Assembly (NCBI GenBank): GCA_965215505.1
Contig: OZ244065.1
Span: forward strand, 2,048,001-2,112,000
Direction: 5' to 3'
DNA length: 64,000 nucleotides
Source: Capsulimonadaceae bacterium
GTDB taxonomy: Bacteria > Armatimonadota > Armatimonadia > Armatimonadales > Capsulimonadaceae
Of the stretch, positions 39,436 to 50,085 are shown in pieces. Position numbers and translations under genes: made by a program. Numbering within the stretch: position 1 is the first letter of the stretch; every line of letters starts with the position of its first letter. The notes beneath the pieces are model-generated. The model ran no database searches. It saw only the letters and a list, made by a program, of their open reading frames with translations, and was not told the DNA's origin.

Positions 39436-41043
39436 CTATTCAGACGGGACGGCCTGCACGCGGACTTCGAGGGGCAGGTCGAACGTCTTCTCAAAGTTTG
39501 GGGCCTGCCCCTCGGCGGCCCACACCTCGAGCTGGGCATCTGCATTGGCGAGGAGCGTCATCCGCACGCGGCTGGGTCCGGTGAGCTTCTCGCAGGCGAT
39601 GTCCCGGACGAGCATCAGGTGGCTGCGGTCGAGGGCTTCGGCCAGCCGCAGGGCGCAGGAGAGGACGCGGATGGCGCGCTGCGCTTCGGGGTCCAGGCGC
39701 GCGTAGTGCGCGTGTTTGCGGCGCGGCCCGCCTTTGCGGTGGTACAGGGCCAGGCTCGCCATGATCTCGATCTCGCGGTCGTTGAAGCCCAGAAGCTCGG
39801 AGTGGCGGATGAGGTAGTAGGAGTGCTGCTGGTGGTCCGTGTGCGAGACGAAAAAGCCCGCGTCGTGCAGCAGAGCGGCGTATTCCAATAGCTCGCGGGC
39901 GGGGCCGTAGTCGTGCAGGCCCAGGGTCTTCCACTGGTCGAACAGCGAGAGCGAGAGGTGGACGATGTGGGCGGAGTGCGCCTCGTCCACGCCGGTCGCC
40001 GCCATGAGTTGGCGGATGGACCGGCGGCGGGCGCTGTCCCCCTCTTCGGGGACGGGGGCGTCCCGCCGGAGCCGGTCCACGATGATGCCTTCGCGCAGGC
40101 CCCGGTCGCTGATGCGGATTGCGTCCGCCCCGACCGTCTCCATGACGGTCTGCAAGATGGCGCTGCCGCCGATGATGATGTCGGCCCGCTCCGGGTTGAT
40201 GCCGGGCACGCGCCGCCGCTGCTCCAGGGTCATCGCGCAGAGCCGCTTGGTGGTCGCCTGCACATCCGCCAGGGACAGCTCGTAGTTGCGGAAGGAGGTC
40301 GGGACGGGCAGGGCGGCGGCATTCGCGATGATCTCGGCGAGGTTCTGGGCGGTCCCCGAGGACCCGTACATGACCGAGAAACCGGCCCGGTTGATGGAGC
40401 GGGCTGCCGGGGCCAGGAGGGAGCGGACGCGGCGCTGCAAGTCGGCCCAGGCGGCGGGGGTGACGGGCTTCGTGGGGTCGGGAACGCCCTCCGCCGTCAG
40501 GCGGATGGCCCCCATTTTGAGGCTGTCCAGGAAAGCATGGCTCTGGCTGTCGCCGACGATCAGCTCAGTCGAGCCGCCGCCGATGTCCATAAACAGGGCG
40601 CGCTCTCCGGCGGGAAGATCTATCCCGGTGACGACGCCCAGGTAGATCAGCCGCGCCTCTTCCTGCCCCGAGATGATGCGGACATCCAGATCGGCCAGGT
40701 TGCGGACGCGCTTGACGAACTCATCCCCGTTGTCTGCCTCCCGGACGGCGGCGGTGGCGAGCGCGACGATCTCATCGGCTCCGAAGCCGTGCGCCACCTC
40801 AGCGAACCGGGCGCAGACCAAAGCGCCCCGCGCGATGGCCGCCTCGGTCAGCGAGTGGCCGCCGCTTTCCGGCTCGTCCTTGCCCGCCCTAGTCCTCGCC
40901 GGGACCTGGTCGAATTCGCCTTCGCCGAGACGGACGACCTGCTTCTGGGAGGCCAGCGTCGTCCAGGTCTGGTTGGGCTTGACCTCGACCACGGCAAGCC
41001 GGACGGAGTTTGTCCCGATGTCCATCGCGGCAAAGGTTCGCAT
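39436..41043 (-). CDS. ppx: Ppx/GppA exopolyphosphatase with C-terminal HD domain
   Basis: DIGTNS, ATAAVREA, GQEEARL, DIGGGSTE, GLREG, LLHDAG. Promoter TTGACC-N18-TATGCT lies 7 nt before the ATG. Confidence 0.93.
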   Translation of the reverse strand: MRTFAAMDIGTNSVRLAVVEVKPNQTWTTLASQKQVVRLGEGEFDQVPARTRAGKDEPESGGHSLTEAAIARGALVCARFAEVAHGFGADEIVALATAAVREADNGDEFVKRVRNLADLDVRIISGQEEARLIYLGVVTGIDLPAGERALFMDIGGGSTELIVGDSQSHAFLDSLKMGAIRLTAEGVPDPTKPVTPAAWADLQRRVRSLLAPAARSINRAGFSVMYGSSGTAQNLAEIIANAAALPVPTSFRNYELSLADVQATTKRLCAMTLEQRRRVPGINPERADIIIGGSAILQTVMETVGADAIRISDRGLREGIIVDRLRRDAPVPEEGDSARRRSIRQLMAATGVDEAHSAHIVHLSLSLFDQWKTLGLHDYGPARELLEYAALLHDAGFFVSHTDHQQHSYYLIRHSELLGFNDREIEIMASLALYHRKGGPRRKHAHYARLDPEAQRAIRVLSCALRLAEALDRSHLMLVRDIACEKLTGPSRVRMTLLANADAQLEVWAAEGQAPNFEKTFDLPLEVRVQAVPSE

Positions 41044-41084
41044 AGACCCTAGCATACCCGATGCGGGGGGGCGGGGTCAAGGAG

Positions 41085-41235
41085 CCTGCCCCCGGCACAA
41101 GTGCCGCCCCCTCCCTGTTAGGGAAGGGTGAGGATACCGACAATAAATGACCCCCGCTTCTCTATCAAGAGGCAGGGGCCAATTCTCTTTACCCTACCCT
41201 GGCAGGGAGGGGGCGGCACTTGTGCCGGGGGTAGG
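41085..41235. repeat. ~150-bp REPIN/MITE-like element with ~45-bp inverted arms
   Basis: Left arm cctgcccccggcacaagtgccgccccctccctgttagggaagggt; right arm (revcomp) cctacccccggcacaagtgccgccccctccctgccagggtagggt. Confidence 0.85.
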
Positions 41236-41239
41236 TCTC

Positions 41240-44200
41240 TTACAGCGCCGTGAACAGCGGGTTGATGGTCTCGTAGTACAGGTCCGCCGTGCCGTTCCGG
41301 GTGCTGTTCCAGAACAGCCAGACCTTGTGTTCTGTGTTCAGGCCGGCGAACGGGTCCAGGAACGCCGCGACGTTGTTCTCGTTGACAGGCCCGGCGATAG
41401 GCAGGAGAGTGTCAGCCGGGGAATTGAGACCATTTGCGGTGCTGATCGGCGATACGGTTCCGCTGCTGGTATGCTCCTCATCCTGCCACTGGATTGTGTC
41501 CGAAACCGGCGGACTCACGGTGCCGTTCGGGTTGCCTGTCGTGACCGTGTTTGCCGGGGCATAGGTCGCGGTCGCGGTCATGCCTTCAGGGTACGTCCCG
41601 TTCGTGTTGATCGGGAAGTAGATCCGGCCGCGCGCATAATCCACATCCACATACTTCGTGACATCGGTGCCGTTGATCGTGACCGAGTTCAGCAGCAGTG
41701 TCGAGGCTCCGCCTGCCGTTGCGGGAATGCTGTAGCCAATGGGCGACGGCAGGAACAGTGTCAGCCGCTGTGTCTTGTAGTAGATGCTGGCCGGCAGGGC
41801 CGCCCCGCTGGCACCCGACTTGCGCCAGATGTACCAGCGGCGGTCAGCGCGGATGCTGTTCTGGCCTGGGGCATCGTTGGGTTTTGGTGACCCATCCAGG
41901 AACGTCACGGGGCCGGTGTCCGCCTGCGAAGCACCTGGCCCCGGCGTGTAGGTGATGCGCCGGGCGAGCGGGCTGAAGAGGGCCGTAAGCGTTGCCGTTG
42001 TATGAGGCGCACTCGTGAAGCGGACACGCCCGGTCGCCAGGTCAACATAGGCCGTGACGGTCCCATTCGCGGCTATGGCGGGGAATGCCAGAGTCCCCGC
42101 ACTGTTGATGGTTTGGTTCTTCACACCAGTCAGCACCAGGAGACCGCTGGCCTTGTCGAAGACGGCTCGGCTGAACAGAGGCGCATTGTTATTCGCCGTG
42201 TCGTACAGGATCGCGGTTCCGTTCACGAACATGTTGAACTGGCTCGTCCGCGACCAGGCCGCGTCCCGCGCCTGATACCAGCCGTCCGCCTGGCCCGTCG
42301 CCGCCAGTATCTCGGTGACGGCAGGGTACGGGACCAGGTCAAGCTGGTACGGTTTGGGATTGCCCGGAGTGCCGTCCGGCTGATAGCGGCTCTGGTACAG
42401 ATTCACTCTGCCATCCGGCGCGGTGCCACTGTAGGTGACTTCAATGGTTTCCTCGCCCTGATAGCCGTTGGCGGTCAGGACGTTTCCGAAGGTCAGCATC
42501 GGGGCAGCGTCGGCCACGCCCGTCAGCCCCGCCGGGATCGGCAGCAGGCCCGTGGTGGAGGGTCCGGTCGCCGGTATCCAGCTCGTGCCGCCGGGGGCCT
42601 GCGAGTTGTAGTAGATGGCGGAGCGCCCGCGCGTCGTCGCCGTCCAGAACGCCCACAGGTTCGGCGTGGTGTTGGCGAAGGCATTGTCCGTGAACAGGCC
42701 TTTGACGCCGTACTTCACCTGTGTCGGGTCGTTCGTGATCGGCACGGCCGAGCCGAGCGCCCCCGTACCCGCCGTCACCGGATAGTACAGCAGGGTATTC
42801 TGATACGATGCCGTGAGCGGCGGCGATTGGACGTTCACCGAGAACGCCGCGATGCTGCTCAGGTTCAGCGAGTCCTGCGCGATGGTCAGGCCGCTGTTGG
42901 TCCCAGCGTTCGCCGCTAGGACGGGGATGAGTGTGCCGTTTGAGTTGTAGCCCGCCGACTCACTGCCGAGCGAGGTCCACCACTGCGGGACGTAGGTAGT
43001 CGGTGCGGTCGGGTCTACCGGGAGGAACGCGAAGTTGCCGTTCGTGTCCTTGACATACGGCACGAGCGCCTGGTAGATGTTGAACTGCGCGCTGGCGCTC
43101 GTCCCCGCCCCACGCCCACTCGTCCAGTAGAGCGAGAGGTTGCGGGTGTTCGGGTCGCGGTAGGCGGCTGGCGCGAAGTCCGGCACCGGCTTTGCGGCCG
43201 TGTTGTTCGTGGCGGGAATGGCCGGCCCCTGGTCTATTTGCGAAACCGAGCCGTAGGTCAGGCCGTCGGTCATGCGGTCTTCCAAGACTTTGACGTTCAG
43301 CACCGCCGTGTTGGAACTATTAGGCATCAGGCTGACGGGGCTGCCGCCGTTGGACCCGATTTGGATGGTGTCCTGTGGCAGCCCATTGGGCTGTGCCGAG
43401 TAGTTGGGCGTTCCGATGCCGCCGATCGCGCTGCCGTACTGCGGCGGGTAGATCTGAGCCGTCAGCCCGGTGTAGTACCCCTGCAAGTTAGCCGGGGTCG
43501 TAGTAACGACCTTAGGGTAACCGCCCGCATCCAAGCCCTCGAAGAGCTGGATTGCCCCATGGTAGCTGCCGACGGGCATCCCGAACGGAGCGGCGACGCT
43601 GACGAACGGCGCGGTCTTGAAGGGCAGGTTCCCGTTATTGCCGTCCGTGACGTGCGTCGGGTGGTTCGTCGTCGGGACGTCCAGGGTCGCCCCCGGCGTG
43701 TACCCTTCCGGCGAGTCCGGGACGTACAGCGTGGTCGGCTGGCCGCTCCCGACCTGGGCCTTGTGGAAGGTCGCGCCGGGGTAGATGCTGATGAGCGAGG
43801 TGCCCGCAGCATTCGTGCCGGTCGCGATGGCCGGGTTGTGGCCAAAAGCCGCCACCAGGTCACTGTCCAGGGACGACCGGATGAGGTACGGCTCTTCGGG
43901 GACATTGCCGAAGGTGCCCGAGCGCGGCCCCGTCACGGCGTTGTAGTCATAGCCGGGGATGAACGAGGTGACGTCCAGCGCGTCGGAGACGAGCGACAGC
44001 GCCTGCTGGGCGTTGGTCGGCGTACTCTGCTTCTGGTCCAGGTGGACGTTCAGCAGGTTGACGTTGCCGGTGTTATAGATCTTCAGCGGCTTGTAGTAAT
44101 CCTGGAAGGCAAGGTTGAACGGGTCGAAGGTCGTCGTGTTATTGACGCTGTCAGACAGTGCCGCGAACTTGCTGGTCTGGATGCCGAAGCCGCTGGGCAC

Positions 44201-47200
44201 GGAACCCACGTCCACCGTCGAGTCGCCCATCTGGGTGCTGTAGTCCGGCGGGACGCCCGTATAGATGCGGACGTCGCGGTAGGCGGCACCGGGCCGGTAG
44301 AAGCCGGTCTGGTCCGGGATGTAGATGCGCCGGGTGGTCACATACCCCATCGGGAACGTGTAGTTAGCGTTCGAGGTCAGGCTGGTCGGCGGGATCTCCC
44401 CCAGCCCATTGTAGTTGCTCAGGCCGAGCGCATTTGTCTGGCCGGACGAGATGTAGAGCTGCTGGTTGGCAGGCTGGTAGTGCGGGATGCTGACATGGAA
44501 CTGGACCGGGTTGGTGTAGACCTGCCGGCCCGACGGCTCAGTCCCGTTGAGCGTTGCCGGCTTCGCGACGGCGTTGCCCAGGGTCAGGTCCGCGCTGCCT
44601 CCCAGGTAGGGATACAGCGTGGCGGTGACGTCCGAGGTGCCGATGTTCGGGTAGTCTATGCTGGAGTTGATGCTGCCATTCTCGTAGCGGCCCGCCGGCG
44701 GCGGCGTCTCCCACGGCAGGTAGTTCACGACCGAGTCGTGGTCGTGGCCGGGCGTCGCGATGGCGTTCGGCAGGCCCGAGTTGTAGGGAGAGTTATCGTT
44801 CCAGTACAGGCCCGCTCCGCCGCCGGAAACCGTACCAGTCTTGACCCGGAGGCGGTTCAGGCGCTCACCGAGAGCGCTGCGGTCCGCGATGTCCATGGCG
44901 AAGGGAGCATTGAGCCTGCCGAAGTACTCCGCCCCATTCAGGCCGTCGTTGTTGACCCCGAAACCCATCGGGGAAAGGGCCTGTCCCGTCACATCGGAGT
45001 TGTCGCCGCTGCTGTTGTGCGGAACCAGGCTTGTAGACGTGACCACGACATGGGGGCTAGTGGGCGGGTTGGTCAGAGCCAGATTCCGCTTCGTCGGGTC
45101 AATGCCGCCGCCGCCGGAGGTGGAGTCCGGCGGGGTGACCAGGACATCGTTGCCGTTCGACAGCGCCTCCAGATCGAGCTTGTCGTTGCCCGCGACCAGC
45201 GGCGAGGTGACGGCCCGGAAGGGACCCAGCTCATCCGCGATTGGGACGGCATAGGTCTTCGTCGTCGGAGTAAGCGGGAGCGGGATGCCTCCCGCGCGGA
45301 TGGCCAGCGGGTTCAGGATGCCGAAGACTGGCTCATCCACCGGCTGAACAATGGTCTGCTGCGGCTGGTAGCCGGTGATCACCCCATTCGCGCCATAGAT
45401 CGGCTTAGGAATCTCGTTGCCGTTGGTCGTCTGGACGGCAATGACTGCCGTGCCGGTCTTCGTGAAGTTTTGGCCGTCGTAGTTGTAGACCGTGACCGTT
45501 TGCTTCGCGTTGGTAATGTGGCGACGCGCGCCGGGCGTGTTGCGCCGAGCCGTCCCGTCACTGATGGCATATGTGTACGCACCGATGTACCCCGCTTTGG
45601 AGGGGTTAGCGGTGGTCGGCACGTTCACCAGAACGCCGTCCGCATTGGTGACCGGGTCGCCCCGCTGGTAGAAGCCGTTGTTGAGCGGCGTGTTCGTCGT
45701 CGTCAGCAGAACGGCCGGCACGGTGCCATGGTCGGCGGCCGTCAGGGTGGCAGCCGCTGCGGCTGCCCCGGTGGCCGTTGTGGGGGTGTCTATGGTCGTG
45801 TCGGAAAGGTCGAACTCGATGGGTCCGCCGTTTCCGTAGACCTGCACCGGATTTGCCGGGCTGGGGGTTGTGGTGTTGCCGCTGTCCATCACATAAACGG
45901 GATTGCCCTTAGCATCAGCCGGCGGGACGACGTTCTTGAAGCGGATGTAGACGCTCTGGCCCCAGTCGTAGACCGGCAGGGGGGCACCCGCCCCGACCTT
46001 AAGCGCAGGCGGGATGGCGGCGCTGGTGCTGCTAGCACTCGCGGGGTCGTCGTTGACCAGGTAAACCTGCATGATTGCTTGTAGGTCCACCGCACCGGGG
46101 GCGTCCGGGTTAGCGGGTACGATGCTGCCGAGCGCGATGGGAATGCCCGTGTCGGTCAGGTCATAGGGCGTGATGCCCCGGCAGAAGCCGGTGCCGCTGT
46201 CGCCGACATAAATCCAGTCGGTGGTATTGGTGGGGTAAGTATAGCCCACCGGCACGCCCGTGCCAGGCGGGGTCGTGAACAGGTCGTAGGTGTCCGCCGA
46301 AGAGAGCGCGGGCGAGGAGATCGGGCCGAAGCCGGTGTACGCTTTGTTCTCCCGGATGAGCGGGAATTCCTGACCGGTGATCGGGTTGGAGATCGGCGTG
46401 GCACTGAAGTCGTACAGCGTGTTGCCGCCGACGACGTAGATCGCGCCGCCGTTTCCGCCGCTGGTGGATGTGTTGGTGATCAGAGCGGGCGAGGACTGGA
46501 AGATGCTGCCGTCCGGCGAGATCTGGCGGTAGATCAGGTTGCTGGCATCATCGGTGCCATGAACGTCAACCGCATACAAGGCGGTGTCGTTGACGCCGCG
46601 CGTCGCGACGTAGAGCATGGGAACGAACCCACCCTTGACGTCTCCTGCCACGGAGTCGCCGTGAGTGTAGGCGGTGCCGTCGGCATACTGAATTGTCGTG
46701 GGGAACTGGACGAAGCCCATGGCCGGGGTCGCCCGCAGGAACGCGCCAATGGGCGGCCCCGGCTCCGGGGTGCGGTCGAGGGCGGCGTTGTTCGGGTCGT
46801 TCGCCAGCGGGTAGGACCAGACCGCGCTTCCCGACACGGGCACGCCGGTGCCATCCAGGTTGACGGCCCAGATGCGGCCCGTTTCGGTCTCATCAGGCCG
46901 GGCGGAGGCCACCGTGCCGGCGGCAGCGGTGTAAGGCACTTCCAGGCCGGAGTTTGCCGCGAAGTAGATGCGGGTCCGGGTGGGCGCGGTCGCCGACTGG
47001 TGCGGCGAGTCGGTGAAGACGACGGGCGAGCCGGTGATATTCCCCAGCGCGGGCCGGGGCAGCTTGTTGGAGCTGGTGTTACGACCGCCTTTAGTCGTGT
47101 CGTAGGCGTCCGGGAAGGACCAGTCGAATGTATCGGTCACGCTGGTCTGCGGGCGCTGGCCGATGTTATAGTTGGACGAGCCTGGGCCGGTATAGTTCGC

Positions 47201-50065
47201 GGCGGTCGGGTCGGGTTGCTTGCTTGGGAAGCTCGTGCCGTTGTTCCCGGACGGCCCCAGAAGTCCGTCCAGGGCATAGACGCGGCCGATGTTGGACGTG
47301 GCCTCCATCTCATGCGCCGAGCCGATGTAGACGGTCGGCGCGTAGGAGTAGGTGTTGGTCGAACCCGTGCCTGACCCGCCCGTGGTGGACGTCACCTTCC
47401 GGGTGAGGAAGATGGCCGGCGCGGATTCGATGTCTGCGCTGGATGTGTTCGTGGTCGAGTTGGGGTCCGCGCCACGCAGCGTAAACCACCACAGCGGCTG
47501 GGGCGTCGGGATCGGAAGTTCCCCTGTGGCGCGCGGCAGGTCATAGCTGCCATTGAACCTATCGCCGGTGTTCTCAAAGGTGGTCACCGAGGTCGGGTCA
47601 ATGGGGACGCCGACGGCGTCCAGGGCATATAAGACGCCGTTGCTGTTGCCGACGTACACCTTGGCGTTTGACGGAGCGGTGCCATCCGCATTGAGCGGGA
47701 TAGAGCCGGTCGCGTCCGCCAAGGTGTTGATGTTGGGGTCCACGAAGACGTTAGGCGAGGCCGTGCCGAAGGCGGCGGGGACGGGTAGGTCGTTGTTGGG
47801 GTCGAGGATAACATCGCTCCCATTTCGCCTGACCGTGCCGATGCCGGCTCCCGTCACGATCTTGGGCTTGTTCGGGTCCGGCCGGTAGATCCAGTAGGCC
47901 CCGGTCGTGCCGACGTGCGGGGTGTACCCGGCCGCATCCACCTGGACCGGGGCCGTCTGGTAGCCAGGCTGTGGGAGGTAGATGGGCAGGCCCGAGATCG
48001 GGTCAATCGCGTTAGCGTTGCTGGTCCCGTCCCCGTTGCCGATGGCGTCCAGGCAGTAGACCATGCCGTTCTCGTCGCCGACGATCACGACGAGTTTGTT
48101 CAGATAAACGGCGGGGGTCGCCGCCGTCGGCGGCTTGACCATGACATTGATCTTCGTGATGACGGGCGAGGAGAAGACGGCCGCGGAGGGTCCGTTCAGC
48201 CCGCCGGGCGTCTCGAAGCGCCACACGATATTGCCGTTGAAACCGTCCACGCAGTAGATCGCGCCGGTGCCGTTACCGCTCGTCGCGATCCGCACCGAGT
48301 CGGCCACGACTTGATACTTGTTCGCGTTATTTTGGGCAGTGGCCGCTTTCAGCGTGATCGCAACCGTGTCGCCCTTGTTCAACGGAATTGCCCCGGTCGG
48401 CAAGGTCACGTCGCCCGTCTGTGCTTGACTGATCTGGAACCCATTAGCAGGTAGGGGCTGGTTCGCGAGGGCCACGCCGTTGACGGTAATGGAGTAGGTA
48501 GCATCAGGGATTCGGAGCAGCGTTCCCTGCGTCGCCGGGAGGTGGACCGTCACATAGTAGCCGCCGCCGTTGGGTGCGCTGAAGGTCCAAGTCGCCCCCG
48601 GCGCGACGCCGTTTGAAACCGGAGTGGCGGTGCTGTACTCGTTGTTGGTCGAGGTGCTGGTCGTGTCAGCGACGTTCCGCTGGAAGCCGGTCGCGGTGAA
48701 CGCGGCGTCGCGGTCGTCCACCGTGACGCCGTTAGAGAAAGTAGGGTCCTGTCGCCCGAAGTAGACGAGCTGACGGATGCGGCGGAGGCCGTCCACCGTG
48801 GTGCCGTCGGGCTGCTTCGCGGTGGGATCACCGTAGAAGATGAAGGGCTTCGCCCCCACATTAGGGGGACCGCTGGGCGGGTTAGAATTGGCGGGGCCAT
48901 AGTCGGGCAGGGCGTTCGCGGTCAGCGCCGTCCCGGCCACAGCCTGCGCGTTGTTCGTACCCGGCGTGTTGAAGATGCCCCAATACTTCGCCTTCGCGAA
49001 ATCAGCAGGGAAGGACGTATAGTTGATCGCCGTGGGCGCACTGCGGACATCGCCGATGGCGGTTTGCAGGGTCATCGAGTCGGCGATCAGGTAGTCCTGG
49101 ACCACGTTGCCGTTGCCGTCACGGTCGTTGTTCGTGTTCCGGTTGTGAGTCGGGTCGCGCTGGAGCGTCACCGTCACGCTCTGACCGACGGCCAGCAGGA
49201 ACGGGCCGGCCAGGAACTGCGAGGAGTTCGCCTCGGTCTGGCTGACCGTCGCCGTGACCGGCGGGGAGTTCGGAACGCTGGTCGTAATCTGGTATGTCAC
49301 CTGTGTGCTGCGCGGCTCAACTACACCATTGGCATCCTCAACCTGATCGGGGATGTGGTAGTAGATCGAGAAGCTGCCGGCGGTCGTCGCCGAGAGTGTC
49401 CAGACCGCCGTCCCGTCGAGACCCTGCCCCAAGCGCAGATATTCCCCGCCCGTCGCCGTCCCTGCCGCCGGGCCTGTCGCCTGCTGCGTCCAGTTCCCGG
49501 CGTTCACGGTGAGCGCGAAGCCGCTCGCCCCCGCCGCAGGTACGGTAGTCGGGGCCGGGAAAACGTCGTCCACCTGGATCTGTCCGGCCGCGAGCGGGAC
49601 GTAGTTGAACGGTGCCGCCCAGGAGTAAATGCCTCCGTCTGCAAGGTGGCTGGGGAAGTACAGGCCCGGCCCCTGGCTCGGACCCTGGCTGGGGGCATAA
49701 GCGCCCAGATTGAAGGAGGGAATCTGGACCGGAAAGCCGGGCGTCGTGGCGGTTCCCCCGACCGTCTCGGTCGGCGTTCCCTGAAGCTGGCCGTACAACG
49801 GGTTCAGGAACGGCGGCGTCAGATCGAGGACCGGGTCGGAACCGCCCGCGTGGAAGAAGGGTGACTGATAGGGCGTTGGGATGCCCGGCGAGCCAGCCTG
49901 CGGTATATTCTGTGCCGCCGCGCCGCGCGCGAGACCCAGGCCGGCGAGGGCGGCGCACAGTAGCGCCGCCATGCGCCGTGTCCGCCGGGGGAGAGTCGAG
50001 TTGGTGCTGTTATTTTTCACGGTTTTTGTTACGCTGTTAGTGTTCACGGTATGTCTGAGGTCCAT
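41240..50065 (-). CDS. Giant (~2940 aa) secreted adhesin-like protein: two golvesin-like beta-sandwich domains, PQQ-like beta-propeller repeats and a C-terminal propeller; PilY1 position
   Basis: Uninterrupted ORF; signal peptide ending AAA|Q; VDD...W...IADS/VADS domains; repeated SSP/SAP...VYVG...G.(V/L)YALD blades. The start codon is uncertain, and the 50209 start in the ORF track lies inside a repeat. Confidence 0.8.
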   Translation of the reverse strand: MDLRHTVNTNSVTKTVKNNSTNSTLPRRTRRMAALLCAALAGLGLARGAAAQNIPQAGSPGIPTPYQSPFFHAGGSDPVLDLTPPFLNPLYGQLQGTPTETVGGTATTPGFPVQIPSFNLGAYAPSQGPSQGPGLYFPSHLADGGIYSWAAPFNYVPLAAGQIQVDDVFPAPTTVPAAGASGFALTVNAGNWTQQATGPAAGTATGGEYLRLGQGLDGTAVWTLSATTAGSFSIYYHIPDQVEDANGVVEPRSTQVTYQITTSVPNSPPVTATVSQTEANSSQFLAGPFLLAVGQSVTVTLQRDPTHNRNTNNDRDGNGNVVQDYLIADSMTLQTAIGDVRSAPTAINYTSFPADFAKAKYWGIFNTPGTNNAQAVAGTALTANALPDYGPANSNPPSGPPNVGAKPFIFYGDPTAKQPDGTTVDGLRRIRQLVYFGRQDPTFSNGVTVDDRDAAFTATGFQRNVADTTSTSTNNEYSTATPVSNGVAPGATWTFSAPNGGGYYVTVHLPATQGTLLRIPDATYSITVNGVALANQPLPANGFQISQAQTGDVTLPTGAIPLNKGDTVAITLKAATAQNNANKYQVVADSVRIATSGNGTGAIYCVDGFNGNIVWRFETPGGLNGPSAAVFSSPVITKINVMVKPPTAATPAVYLNKLVVIVGDENGMVYCLDAIGNGDGTSNANAIDPISGLPIYLPQPGYQTAPVQVDAAGYTPHVGTTGAYWIYRPDPNKPKIVTGAGIGTVRRNGSDVILDPNNDLPVPAAFGTASPNVFVDPNINTLADATGSIPLNADGTAPSNAKVYVGNSNGVLYALDAVGVPIDPTSVTTFENTGDRFNGSYDLPRATGELPIPTPQPLWWFTLRGADPNSTTNTSSADIESAPAIFLTRKVTSTTGGSGTGSTNTYSYAPTVYIGSAHEMEATSNIGRVYALDGLLGPSGNNGTSFPSKQPDPTAANYTGPGSSNYNIGQRPQTSVTDTFDWSFPDAYDTTKGGRNTSSNKLPRPALGNITGSPVVFTDSPHQSATAPTRTRIYFAANSGLEVPYTAAAGTVASARPDETETGRIWAVNLDGTGVPVSGSAVWSYPLANDPNNAALDRTPEPGPPIGAFLRATPAMGFVQFPTTIQYADGTAYTHGDSVAGDVKGGFVPMLYVATRGVNDTALYAVDVHGTDDASNLIYRQISPDGSIFQSSPALITNTSTSGGNGGAIYVVGGNTLYDFSATPISNPITGQEFPLIRENKAYTGFGPISSPALSSADTYDLFTTPPGTGVPVGYTYPTNTTDWIYVGDSGTGFCRGITPYDLTDTGIPIALGSIVPANPDAPGAVDLQAIMQVYLVNDDPASASSTSAAIPPALKVGAGAPLPVYDWGQSVYIRFKNVVPPADAKGNPVYVMDSGNTTTPSPANPVQVYGNGGPIEFDLSDTTIDTPTTATGAAAAAATLTAADHGTVPAVLLTTTNTPLNNGFYQRGDPVTNADGVLVNVPTTANPSKAGYIGAYTYAISDGTARRNTPGARRHITNAKQTVTVYNYDGQNFTKTGTAVIAVQTTNGNEIPKPIYGANGVITGYQPQQTIVQPVDEPVFGILNPLAIRAGGIPLPLTPTTKTYAVPIADELGPFRAVTSPLVAGNDKLDLEALSNGNDVLVTPPDSTSGGGGIDPTKRNLALTNPPTSPHVVVTSTSLVPHNSSGDNSDVTGQALSPMGFGVNNDGLNGAEYFGRLNAPFAMDIADRSALGERLNRLRVKTGTVSGGGAGLYWNDNSPYNSGLPNAIATPGHDHDSVVNYLPWETPPPAGRYENGSINSSIDYPNIGTSDVTATLYPYLGGSADLTLGNAVAKPATLNGTEPSGRQVYTNPVQFHVSIPHYQPANQQLYISSGQTNALGLSNYNGLGEIPPTSLTSNANYTFPMGYVTTRRIYIPDQTGFYRPGAAYRDVRIYTGVPPDYSTQMGDSTVDVGSVPSGFGIQTSKFAALSDSVNNTTTFDPFNLAFQDYYKPLKIYNTGNVNLLNVHLDQKQSTPTNAQQALSLVSDALDVTSFIPGYDYNAVTGPRSGTFGNVPEEPYLIRSSLDSDLVAAFGHNPAIATGTNAAGTSLISIYPGATFHKAQVGSGQPTTLYVPDSPEGYTPGATLDVPTTNHPTHVTDGNNGNLPFKTAPFVSVAAPFGMPVGSYHGAIQLFEGLDAGGYPKVVTTTPANLQGYYTGLTAQIYPPQYGSAIGGIGTPNYSAQPNGLPQDTIQIGSNGGSPVSLMPNSSNTAVLNVKVLEDRMTDGLTYGSVSQIDQGPAIPATNNTAAKPVPDFAPAAYRDPNTRNLSLYWTSGRGAGTSASAQFNIYQALVPYVKDTNGNFAFLPVDPTAPTTYVPQWWTSLGSESAGYNSNGTLIPVLAANAGTNSGLTIAQDSLNLSSIAAFSVNVQSPPLTASYQNTLLYYPVTAGTGALGSAVPITNDPTQVKYGVKGLFTDNAFANTTPNLWAFWTATTRGRSAIYYNSQAPGGTSWIPATGPSTTGLLPIPAGLTGVADAAPMLTFGNVLTANGYQGEETIEVTYSGTAPDGRVNLYQSRYQPDGTPGNPKPYQLDLVPYPAVTEILAATGQADGWYQARDAAWSRTSQFNMFVNGTAILYDTANNNAPLFSRAVFDKASGLLVLTGVKNQTINSAGTLAFPAIAANGTVTAYVDLATGRVRFTSAPHTTATLTALFSPLARRITYTPGPGASQADTGPVTFLDGSPKPNDAPGQNSIRADRRWYIWRKSGASGAALPASIYYKTQRLTLFLPSPIGYSIPATAGGASTLLLNSVTINGTDVTKYVDVDYARGRIYFPINTNGTYPEGMTATATYAPANTVTTGNPNGTVSPPVSDTIQWQDEEHTSSGTVSPISTANGLNSPADTLLPIAGPVNENNVAAFLDPFAGLNTEHKVWLFWNSTRNGTADLYYETINPLFTAL

Positions 50066-50085
50066 AGGCGGGGGTCCCTGGAAGT

